Positions 12,701 to 24,700 of a stretch of 64,000 nucleotides of DNA are shown here, one piece after another. Numbering within the stretch: position 1 is the stretch's first letter; each line of letters begins with the position of its first letter. The DNA is from Phoronis australis (taxonomy: Eukaryota; Animalia; Phoronida): positions 560,534 through 624,533 of the forward strand of contig NMRA01000219.1 of the NCBI GenBank assembly GCA_002633005.1, read 5' to 3'. The position numbers and the translations under genes were made by a program. The notes beneath the pieces were generated by a model. The model was given only the letters and a program-made list of their open reading frames with translations. It ran no database searches and was not told the origin of the DNA.

Positions 12701-15700
12701 CATCGTCAACTTAAGACTAGCATCTCCAATGAAGCTTACTGATTCGTCAAACGAGAATACGGCACTTGTGTGAAGCTGAAATTTTAAACTGGTCTTGACA
12801 GGAAAGAAATAGAGAAGTATTGTTCCATGTGTCTCAGCATGACTGATACCACGTAACCTCATTTCTCAAGAGTAACCCTTGAGTTGGGAACAGTTTTGGA
12901 TTGCTGCTATGTATCATTTCCAGACTTTTCCAAGCACTTGAGTGTAGTCTACTCGACAGAACAGTCGGAATTTACCCGTCAATTTCCAGACAAATTTTCA
13001 CATTAATTTGGACACAGGCCACTGAGTTGAAAAATTAACACACTACTGAATGATTGACATGTCCAGTCCTGTTGTCACTTAGAACTGTGTGCGTTATTAA
13101 GAGTCTGGAGCTGTGAGATTGCAATTCAGGGGTCTTAGACTGGTGATTTTAGTTTTTAAGAATTCAAGTTTGTGGAGCTCAATCAGCGGTACTGTACTCT
13201 GCAGGTGTATGTGTGGGACTTTCCCTTTAAAATTCAGGATGTAAGGCACAACTTGTAAAACAACATTACTGTTTGGTTTGGGAGATTCCTTATGTTTTCA
13301 TTGGTGGCATGTGAAAGAAAAATGTGTTCTGTTGAAAGGGTGTTCCACAATGTTTGTTCTCTGTGCTATGGGTACTATAGTGCTTTGGAATTGTCCTTGA
13401 ACTCTGCCAAGAAGAGTGACATTTGATTTCAGTAATATTGTGGTATCGACAGTAATCATTTACACGAGGCCCTGATTTTGAGAACCAGTGTGATGCCTGT
13501 TACTCAGTAGAGGAAACTGGTTCTCAAAATATGGGACCAGTGTAAATGACAATTATCATGTAATCAACTTCTACTATATTTGCATGTATTTAGGTTCATG
13601 CGCCTATTTGGGAAACTGCCTCTGCATAATTAGGCATGTGCACCAAAATACAAAACATTTGAAAGTAATCCCATGGGGCGATTTTTAAAATAACTTGTCA
13701 GTGAAGCAGTAGATGTTGTGTTTCCAGTTGTCGATTCTATGAACGTACAAAAGGTACTTAGAACAACACTTTAAGACATGCACCTAATTGTATTCAAAGG
13801 ATAACCACACGTTCCTATTTATAGGAGAAGCATAGGCTCTGGCGGTGAGCGTCTATGTGCAAAATGCTTGGGAAAATTAGTTTTTTTTAAAAAATATTTT
13901 GTGTATAGGCGCATGGACCTAAATATGCTCTTATATGGTGGTTGGAACAAGTCCAGCAAATTTGTAGTTATCCTCTGAACAAAGGGAAGTGATGTGAATC
14001 ACCGGGAAGTTTTCAAAATGGATACTTGGCTTAAATATTTTAAGAAAAACAAGGATACACGATGAACACATGCACTAACTACATGTTTTAGCAACAGTTA
14101 AAATATTTTTTCATTTACTGTTAACATGTTTTGTTTACTCAGGAATCTAGAAAATGATTTCTCAAGTGCGTTTGACCTTCTGGTAGTGAGTTTCTTGACT
14201 TATAACTAGATATTGCAGTCATTCAATTGACGCATTTGATGACTACGAGGACATGAGATTGTGGTAATGCTAAGCGTTTTAGTTGCCTTGCTGAAAAATA
14301 AAGTGTTTTAAAGTTCAGCATTGCATAGAATCTCATATCAATTTCACCTGTGATTGTTTTTCTAATTTTTGTTAATTAGATGAGGATTGAATGTTACTGT
14401 TGCTTTCAGTTGTAAAAAGTCGTTGAAAAGTTTATATTGTCAGTCACAAACTAGCCCTGTCATTTGTTGTGATAGTATAAACTGTTGAAGTTTTAACATC
14501 TTCTCAAATGCTTATTGGCTCCGAAATTACAAACAGTTTTTGCTCTTTTCTTAACCTGGAGATCAGTATGATCAGAAAATCGTTTTCCTTACTGGAAATT
14601 AATATCTGGTGTACATTTACAGAGTCCTCCCACTGAGTCTGCCATGGACATTCTTAAGAAGAAAGTCCTCAACTCCCCGCTAGGCAAGAGGAAAGGCGGT
14701 AGTCCCGCCACTAAGACATTTGGTGTTCCATTAGAGGACCTGACAACTCGCAGCGGATCACCCATACCATTCGTTGTGAAGAAGACGGTGGACTTTATAC
14801 AGAATCATGGTAGACTTTTTAATTGTCTCAGTCTGAGTCAAATATTCTATGTCCAATCTCCAACTTGGTTTTCATATTTTTTGCTCTGCTAAGTTTGAAC
14901 TCACGATAGGTGACAAATCGAAAGTTTCAGTGGCAAGGAAACTCCTGTACTTGACAAAATATTAAATTAAAAAGGAGGTTTAAAGCCATTGCCTTTACCA
15001 GTGATGATGAAATTTCTTTTGAGCAATGCTCAAAACATTTGAGTTTATGATACAATTTCATATTTTCATATCGATGTTTGTCTCTATAGATTTAAGACAA
15101 AATATGTTGTGTAGTGTCAGTGTTCAGAGAAATAGAGAAATAAAGACTGCTGTAAACAACTAATGACAAGCCTCCCTAAGTGAACAAATAACTCAGGCTC
15201 TAGACCACTAAACTTGACTTGAGACTCTATTTGAAAATTAACCAATCACTAAGTGTGAAATTTGAAAGTTGCTGGAAGAATTGGATGTTTAGTCGATTTT
15301 GTGTCAAGTCTGGGTATAGTTTGATTCTCTGGGGCAACAATTTTGTATATGAATGGAACTTTCCTCAGTTCATAAAATTTTTGAAAACTAAATGCTTTAT
15401 TTTTAAAAGGAATTGGTCATGAAGGTATCTTTCGAATAAGTGGCAGCGCTAAAGTGGTGGAGAAGTTGAAGGCTTCTTTTGACAAAACTGGCGATGCTAA
15501 TTTGGAGGATGCTGGTGATGTCATGGCGGTGGCCGGCTTACTCAAACAGTTTTTGCGGGAAATGCCCGACTCTGTGATCCCAGAGAGCATGACAGATCAG
15601 TTTATTGATGTTCAGCAAAGTAAGTTCTGCATTAACACCTAATACATTTCTTTTGGTATGCATCACAAAATTCTTTGTTACGGCTAAGCACTGGAGGACA

Positions 15701-18700
15701 TGTAAACATTATTTCCCAAAAGTATCATTGTCTGAACTTAACCGCAACACTGTAAAGTCTGTAAAGTTGCAAAATTATAATAAATATTACCCTGAGGTGG
15801 AAGAATTCACAAAAGTTTTTTGAGATAAATGTACCTTCAGCAATTGCGACATTTGAAACCTGAGATTATGAATGATTTTGTGTATTGCTGTTGAAATTGG
15901 GGGCTTCTGAGTGGTAACACAATAATCACTTCTAGTGACAAATTGGGGGCTTCTGAGTGGTAACACAATAAGCACCCTCTGGTGACGAATGTTTGAGTGC
16001 TAAGGCTACTGCGATGTTATGTAGATGCACAATTTTTGGTATAATGCAAATTAGATTTTAAACTCTAAATGTTTCCTCATGGTAATGAAATTGACAAAAC
16101 GTTAACCAATTCTTGGACACAAATTATGGGAAAAGCTTGAATTCTTCAGTAATCCAAAAATATGGAATATTGTTATGTATTCTTCACCTTTTCAGATCAC
16201 AGTAATGATTCTGCTGAGTTTGTGGAGAAGATGCTCCCCCTATTGGACAGTTTACCAGCAGACAATGTTCAGTTGTTGAAATATTTGGTTCGTTTTCTTG
16301 TCCAAGTGTCAATGAAGGAAGAGACAAATAAGATGACTCCGGTGGCGATAGGCATTGTGTTTGGACCAAATCTCTTCAGGTATGGTTATCCTAGTGGAGT
16401 GTATAACGTGTGTGGGTTTTGAACATTTAGTCATCGTGGTGAATTGAATTGCACCCTTCATTAATGTCTTACGAGGATAGACAAATGTTGTATAGATGAA
16501 GCACAGTTGTCTAGCGTTGTAGGACATTTAGATGAATGTTGTTTTATCATTTTTGGAAAGTCAGGTATACAAAAAACATCTCTGAATTTGATTAAAAATT
16601 GGGCTTTAGTTAAGTTATAGAATCATGCATGAGAGCACCAAGCAAACACTGCATTAACCATTTATTCCTGTTTACTCAATCGACATCGATACTGATGGTT
16701 TTGCTGTAGTGGGAAAGGCTACTGAGTTTCACAGTTTCAAAAGAAGACAGAAAACAAGATTTTTCATAGTCTCTGGTGGCGATAGGTTTTACTAAGTAAT
16801 TCACTTACCCAGTAACTGTGTGTTTGCTGTTTTGGACATTTCGAACTGCAGTCTACAATCCTTTGTTAACTATTGGCGGGTTGTCGCTGTTTCCCGCCAT
16901 TTTGTGATCCGAAAGTAGTACAGCATTGTAAATCCATTAGGAAAACGGCGGGAAACATCGACAATTCGCCACTTATTGACAAAGCACTGTAGGTAGCAGT
17001 TCGAAATGTCCGAATCAGCAATCACACAGTCTCTGAGTAAGTGAATTATTTCATCAATTTGAAGAGAGCTAAAGAAAAGCTACATTGGAAATACTTGTCC
17101 TCCACACAGGTGCAAGGAAGGCTTAGAAGGTCTGAAACAACAGGGTCTGACCAACCACATTGTGTGTAAGTTTATTCAGCACTACGATGAACTGTTCAAG
17201 TCGGAAAATGAGCAGTCACCATACACCAGTAAAGTGATACAGGTGAGTGAACTGGGGTCATATGGAGGACTAGCACTAACCAATAGGGACTGGTCATGGG
17301 AACTCCTGGCGCCCTCTGGCAAAAAAAAACAACTTGCCTTTCAGCATTAACTCCGAACTATTCTTCTTGTAACAGCAAAAGGTCTGTTTCCTTGAGTCAA
17401 AAACCTGCTCTGATGTCATCTGCTGTAATAGATAGTTCTTTCGTTTACTACCAGATGGCATAGGAGTCCTTGTCAGCGCATGACCGGTCACCATTGCTTC
17501 ATGGAAGTTGTGCAGTGTGGGACAGAAAATGTAATTAGGAGAAAGGAGTTGGCGTTGTAAACATTGCTCTTGTCACTGTATCAGTTTGGAGACAAGTATG
17601 TGGCTAGGCTTGCCAATTATTTCAGTTGGTCAGTCCAAGTCATGTTTCGGTCTGGTTCATTACGGTGTAGGGATTTTTATTGCATTACAATTGATGCTTT
17701 TTCTATACCAGTGAGGAAAAATAAGTGTATTGTCTTTAACAGCGACAGGGAATTTATGTGCATTGAAATATATGTAGGGTCACCTTAGCTTTGTTTGGAT
17801 GGTCATTGCATCCTCAGGGGTGAGTAAAGTGTCACCAGTTTTGGACATTATGAAGGAAAAGCTCCATCTTTTCTCATTTCTTTATAAAATATGAGAAGCC
17901 ACAAATTAATGATTTGCCATTTTCAAGTTGTGTATTATACTTGTCCATAGGCAATATTCTGAGAATTGTGGGTTTTCATAACAGTACTGTATTAAAAGAT
18001 CTTGACAAATGAAAAACAAATATTTTGGAAATTATTTTTCTCTAAAATTGGTTAGATTTTATCATATCTTTAAAACACGAAACATGGTGTCACATTTCTT
18101 GCTGGAGTTAAATTTCTATATTTCGTGCCCTTGTTCATTATTTCTTTGTCTCGGTAATCCCCCTAATTGTAAAGCTATTCTATCTTTGAACAAGTTATGT
18201 GTTCATTTGACACTATGTGTTGTTACACATAGATTCTTTGATAGAGACAATGCAGCATAGTAATCCTGTCGCTGTTCAATGTAATCAGACTGTTAAATGG
18301 CTTGAGCTTGACGGGGCATGGGGTCTGTTTCGTGGAAAGTGACTTCACACTAAGTGACTTCACACTAAGTGACTTCACACTAAGTGACTTCACACTAAGA
18401 CACGAATTTGGTCTTACGCTCCCACTTCCCAATGAGTGATGAAAGGTTTAGCCAAGTAAGTATGAGCACGTCACAGTCTGGAAATAATGTATAAAAATCA
18501 TCTCGGTAACTAACAGTTATTTGTTTGATCAAGTGCGATTTAATTATTCTTCAGAGACAGTTATGAGGAGCGTAGGACCAAACTTCTGTCCCAAGTCTTA
18601 AATCATTTTTCATAAAACATACCTCTGTTTGTAGTGTCAGTGTATCGTGCGTTCTGGTTACTTGGCACGTACAAGTTTGGTTGGACTACTGTAAATCTTT

Positions 18701-21700
18701 TGAATTTTAATTTGTTAACAGTGAGATAATGCTGTCATAGCATTGTAACATTATCATGTGGAGTCCTTACTGACTTAACTACGTTTGTCCTGATTATAAC
18801 TTGCTCGGATCCAGAGATGTGTCCATGGGTATGGATTCCACTACTGGGTTCTTTTTGCATTGCTGTAGTGGGTCTCCATTGTTGGTCTATCATCAGACCT
18901 TCCCGTCTCGTCACGACCCTGGGTCCTTGCCTTTGGGTAGACTTGTTGCATCAAAACACTCTTGGAAGAATTTGGGTAGCTATTGTCTTGCACGTAATTG
19001 TTTAATTTATATACTAGAAAAGTCTAGGGGCCCCGTTACGCAATAACGTGTAAGTTGGTAATTTTAGCTACTGTCTTTGGTAAGAATTGTTTTTGTAACA
19101 AAGCTGGTCTGAGAATGTGAAAGCTTAATTACTGACCACTTGGACATAAAACCTTCACAGATTCAATCACTTGGTATTAGGAAAGGTGAACAACACACGT
19201 ACAGATGTATGCATAAACATTTCCGTAAAATGGCGCCCCTGTTGACAGTGTCAGTAATACAGTGCTTGGAAACTTAAGAGTGCAAGGTGTCAAATTTGAT
19301 TCCATTGGCTAAGAATAGGTCAGCTGATCTGTCAAAATCACCCGGGCATGTGGTTTACAGAAAATCAAAGATGTACCTAAAATACAGTAGTCTTCACTTG
19401 CAGGACTATAATATCCAAAAAACAAGGTTTATGCAATTTCTTTAATTTGGCACCACTGGGCTACTTTGATCATGTTCCCCCAAACCTTCGTAAATCTACC
19501 CGTAAAGTAAGGTTATTTATATCTTCTCAAAAATCTTTAATAAAATTGATAGTGCCTGAATTGATGTATTCAAATTTCAGAAAAGCTTTCATTTAGTTAC
19601 TGTGAATAGATTATGTTAACACTGCTGACAATTGCTATTCACTGTGTAGTCACTTGTCGACAATTCATTGTAGTCATCAACAGTATTGGCAAACATACAG
19701 GTAACAGCTATAGTTGTCATGAAGTAGTCGAGGACGTGTACAGCTGCATTGATTTGTGTGATATCTAGAAACAGCATGCATATAATGATTAGACACGTAG
19801 TAATTAAAGTAGTCTTAACCATATCTTAATCCAATTCACCTTCTATCAGAGTGCAAAGCCCAGGAAACCACCCAATTCGTTTGTGGTAAGAGAGTTTGTA
19901 TTATTTGTTTCTGTTGTTTACTCGCTGGTTCCACAAATTCTGCTACTAAAATTTTAAGACGCATTTTGGCAGGGAGCACTTTGTCAGTTTTGTCTCGTTC
20001 CACGCATTGCGTTCTTGTTGAATAATCTGTTGTACGACGTGTTGGTGTTGTGATGAATTCTGGCTGTAAACGGCTTCTGTGATGTGCTAACTGGATTAAA
20101 GTAATCTGGCAGACATCAGCAGAGGCTCTGTACTATTAGTTCAGAATGCCATACGCACATTTCAAGGCAGTAACTTTTCACATACCGGTAACTGACATAA
20201 TGATACAAATTCCATTCAAATTGCTAAAACACATTGATGTAATCGTAAATTGGTATTGAATTATCATGTAGAAAACCCAGTATCCTTAAGTCAGTGTATT
20301 GGTAAACGTGTTTTATTTAGCAATTAAGTCTTTATGATCATTTGGAGGCGAAAAAAATAGGAATTTTGTGGAACCAGTAGGTCTGTTTGCACTGTATGCT
20401 AACGCAACTGTTATAAATCTTACTAACTGCCGTGTACAGACGCATCAAAGTTTAATATGCTTAGCTTAGTGCAAGAAATGGTAAGTGTGACATTTGGCAA
20501 GATTATTATGTGATGATAAATTTGAAAGCTTGCTTGGTTTAAACCTTTTATGTGTGATCATTCGTTAGTAAGTAAGGCCAGATTAACATTTGTACGAGTG
20601 TGCTGTTTTGTGCTAGCGTGTTTCATGTCCATCTATGAGTTTATTTTGTTAATTTAAAAACTTAATTATTCAGAACTTTTGCAGTGTAATTTTCGAAACT
20701 GCTTTGTTTTCAGAAATTCTAATTATGCTTAAAGTAGTTGCTTCGTAGATGAGTCTACAGTTATTTTCAGAACATAGACTTTACCATAGTCTCTCAAGAA
20801 AACTTGTTTAACCCATAGTTTTCAAATCTACAAATTGCTACTTTCAGCTGTCATATGGTTGAATGTTTAACATCACTCCATGTTTCTTTTGTTTGTGTTA
20901 CATTTTACCTGGGTCAGAACCAACATTGTGTTACAGGTTAGAGTAATTCTTCATATATTTTGCAAAAAATAACGATTAAAATTGTGATTTTCATTCAGTT
21001 TTGTAAAGAATGATTAACTTCAAAATGTTGTTCTATGAAATCTACACAGTTTGTCAAACTCTGCTGCCTAGCAATACACTAAAAATCTTTATTTTTGTGA
21101 ATGAATTTCACTTAACAGAATTTCACTTGTCCTTCCTATTGTGTCACAAATAAGAGAAAAATGACAGTATTCACAACAATTTTATATCTCATTGTGTAGG
21201 TTGTGACATGTGAAGTCTCATGACCACCCACATACCCCCTCGTTCCCATCCCAACTCAATGTTTAAGGCTGTGACGAAGTAAAACAGAATGGCTGTACTT
21301 GATTCACTCTATCAGTTCAGCTGAGTCAACCAGCTGAGATGTATCTGATAGGTTGGTTGTCATCGAGAACCAATCAGATGTCCTTGCTGGTTGGTTGGTT
21401 GAAGCATAGGAGTGAATCCAGTGCAGCCATTACCGTGACAACACAGTGATGTCATGTTTATCACATAATTGGTTCAGTTTAATATAGTCGCACATTACAC
21501 CCTTGCAAATAATGGTTAATCATTTTACCCTTTTTTTAAACTTAAAGCGTAATGATTATATCTCACTTTGTGTCTAGATCCCAAGAACTGGCTTTGGGTT
21601 TAATCTTTCACAAAAATATCTGAGAAACCAAGAAACCACTGTTTGGTTTGTAATCTTCTGAAGTTTCCATTGTTGGTTTTGTTTAAAGTGTTCCTGCTTC

Positions 21701-24700
21701 ATTTTACTTGGAACCATGGTCCAGGATCTGTTCTATGGACTCAAAATAAAGTGGAACTCCAAATTCAATAAATCACACTGTATGATTCGAGTACAAATTT
21801 ACAAGCTCACTCCAAGCGCGACATGGAATTCATCAATTTGAGAGTCGATTTTCATCCAGACTTAATTTCATAGCAGCCATTTTTGATAACAAAAGCTGCA
21901 ATTATTGATGCCAAGATGTCAGTCAGGTAGGGAGAGACTGAGAGCACAAGGTATGTAGTCTGTGTATCTTGGTGGTGCACATGGAAAGATGTCAGTCGTA
22001 AGTGTGATTTTGTGCGTCTCAAACTTGGGAGTGGCTTGTATTTGTCACTCTCCCTTGGCCACTGCCAGCACAGTCACGCCTCTGTAGTTCCCTTAAAAAT
22101 GAAAAAAACTGGGTGGGTCTGGTTTAATGACAGTTATGTGAACTAAATGCGCATTGATTTCTGCAAGTGCTATTCTGTAGTTTGAAGTTGTTTTGGGTAA
22201 AAAAGTCCACCCATCTAGTTGCTGCTACTCTGTTGTACCTAGAGCTAGAAGTCCCGCTATTGTGAAAGCTCTTTCTTGTTCAGTCTGATATTTCAAATGG
22301 ACAAAAATTTTATGTGACTAGTCTCTGCTTCAGTGGTGTTGTGATCTAAAAATAACTACCTTCTTGTTCTCAAGCAGTGTTTTTTCTCTCTAACGGTTAA
22401 ATAAATCTTGTTTCAGGTTCAAGAAGCCAAAAGTCCACGCACACCTCCTGCACGACCCCCACCCCCCAAATTCGTCACTGACAGAGAGCTGACAGACACA
22501 TTACCAATTCCGTCCCCAAGACTGGTGAGATGGAGCTGAATGAGCTCCAACAGCTTCTGAAAATGTCTTGCCTCTTTGAATCACAAAAATTCAGCTTTCA
22601 CAATTTTCAGCATTTCAGGAGTTTAAAAATAGATTTGACGTGTTTTAGTCCTTGGTTCATTGCAGCTTTATATAAATTTTCATCACAGTATAGCGAAACA
22701 TCCTTTGGTGTTAGTTTTCATTCTTGTCAATAGCTTTGTGTACTGAAATTGTAAGGAGTGGAAATTGGGCTTACCTGAATTGTGCCTTAATTTCAGTCCA
22801 AAATCAAATATGAGGCGGGTTTATACCAGGACGATCAAGTTGATTCCAGGACTAATTCTCCCCGTAGTCGTAACTCAATGTTGAGTCCAAGGCTGGCTGA
22901 GGATGAAGTAATGTCGAGTCGAGCATCACCATTCATGTTAGACAGGTGGGTGATTATGAAGTTTTCTTAACTTTTGGTGAAGCAAATGTTTTGTGTTTAA
23001 GAGGGACAGCTGATGATGAATCATTTTGAGTGCTCTCAACTGAGCTGAATTTGATCAAGCTCAGTCAGGCTCAATTGTTTGAGATGGAAATTATTTCTGT
23101 TGTGGTGGTATTGTCATTTGGTCATCCGTTCAATTATTGCTCTTCAAATGGCTGACGAACATACCAGTAATTTGAGCATTAAATAGACTCCATTTTTGTG
23201 CATTTAATTCTGAATTTCAGGCTAACCTTGTGTAGCTGTCATTATTTGTACTATTTGTGTTGACAAAGGCGAGTAAAAATGAAGTGTTCCTTTAATAAAG
23301 TTGTTTTGACATTGTTTTAATAAAAGTCAACGCTTCACAGTCACTGTATTGTATTTCCTCTCTGCCATGTCAATAGTATGTGTTTCTGTTTTGCATGTTT
23401 CAATCCTTTGGTTTTCACTTGTATTTCTATCACACAGTGAGTGCGGGTCAAGCTATGTCCAATCACCAAGTCCTATACTGTCGCTTGTTGCATCTGAGTA
23501 AGTAAAGACGCACCCTCTGCGTCTCACCTTAATTGGGCACAAGATTTTGATTAGACTTTCACAGACAATGATAATGTTGTTGTGCATTAGGTGAAAACTT
23601 GCACTGATTGTATGGTAGGTTAGGCTTTGCTGTTGGTATCGTTGACTTGATAAACAGTGGAAATAACAATTTTGAGTTTGTGTAATTGTGTAAATATTTT
23701 TCTTCACGAAGATGTGTTTTCTGCATTTTTGTTTGCAAATAAATTGTGCATATCTTGACAAGTTTGTGTATTCTTATGTTGTATCAAAGAGCTAAGGAAA
23801 CGATTACATTTGATGTAAGGATTTACATATTGTTTATTATATAACTACTAGATGAAATTATGATCTCATATATCTTGATCTGTACAAAGCAGCCTGTTTT
23901 CTCTAATACAAGTACCTATTTATAATGGAATTAGAGGCAGGTGAAAACTAGTTTGTTCTAATAGTTTTGGATGTACCAAATGTTATTTTGAAAGACGCTA
24001 TGTGTCACGATGTTATATTACTTGTTATTTAGGTTGGTGGAGAAGACAATCTCAGAGGCGGTGTCCGAGCACCTCTTCGGGGGTGGCCTGCTTAGCTGGA
24101 GTTCTGACGAAGGCCGGACAGAGTCCCCGGACAAGGGTGATGGCAAATGTAAGCATAGGATTTTAAAATATAAATTGTAAACATTTAGCGTTTTTAACTG
24201 AATGGTATCATTCTTATTGGCGTGTTTACGGATAGCGAAAACCGGCTGTGCATTCCAAAGTATAGATTTATAGGATTCGTGATATCCAATCCAGAGACAA
24301 GGTTGTGTCATGTAGCTGATCGTCTGCTCGGTTGTGTCATGTAGCTGATCGTCTGCTCAGTTATATCACATATCTGATCGTGTGCTCGGTTGTGTCACGT
24401 AGCTGATCACCTTCTCGGATGTCTCATGTAGCTGATTGTCTGCTCGGTTGTGTCATGTTGCTTCGGAAGTGCAGATGTGTTTGTGAAGAAAATTGTTCTA
24501 CCAGAACATGGTTATTTTGTTAGTGTCTTTAAGGTTACACGTAACTGTAACAGTGACTCACTGCATTTAGCCAAGTATGTCTCTTATTCAGTAAGTAAAA
24601 GTATGTTCTTGTAAGTTGAAGATGTGTCATTGGGTCACATGACCACATCTTTTTAGTGAAATTTAGCAAAAAAGAAATTATATGTTTGCTGCAAAACAAT

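Noticed and set aside
18223-18432. ORF with SVKSL repeats
   Set aside because: It is only the translation of the 15-bp tandem repeat.
20880-20936. ATG-initiated 57-nt phase-0 segment ending CAG|GTTAGA as another alternative first exon
   Set aside because: Weak donor, T-rich composition typical of introns and no independent support; likely chance.
24301-24460. 29-bp repeats as a possible CRISPR array
   Set aside because: The units are contiguous with no unique spacers, the context is a eukaryotic intron, and there are no cas genes.
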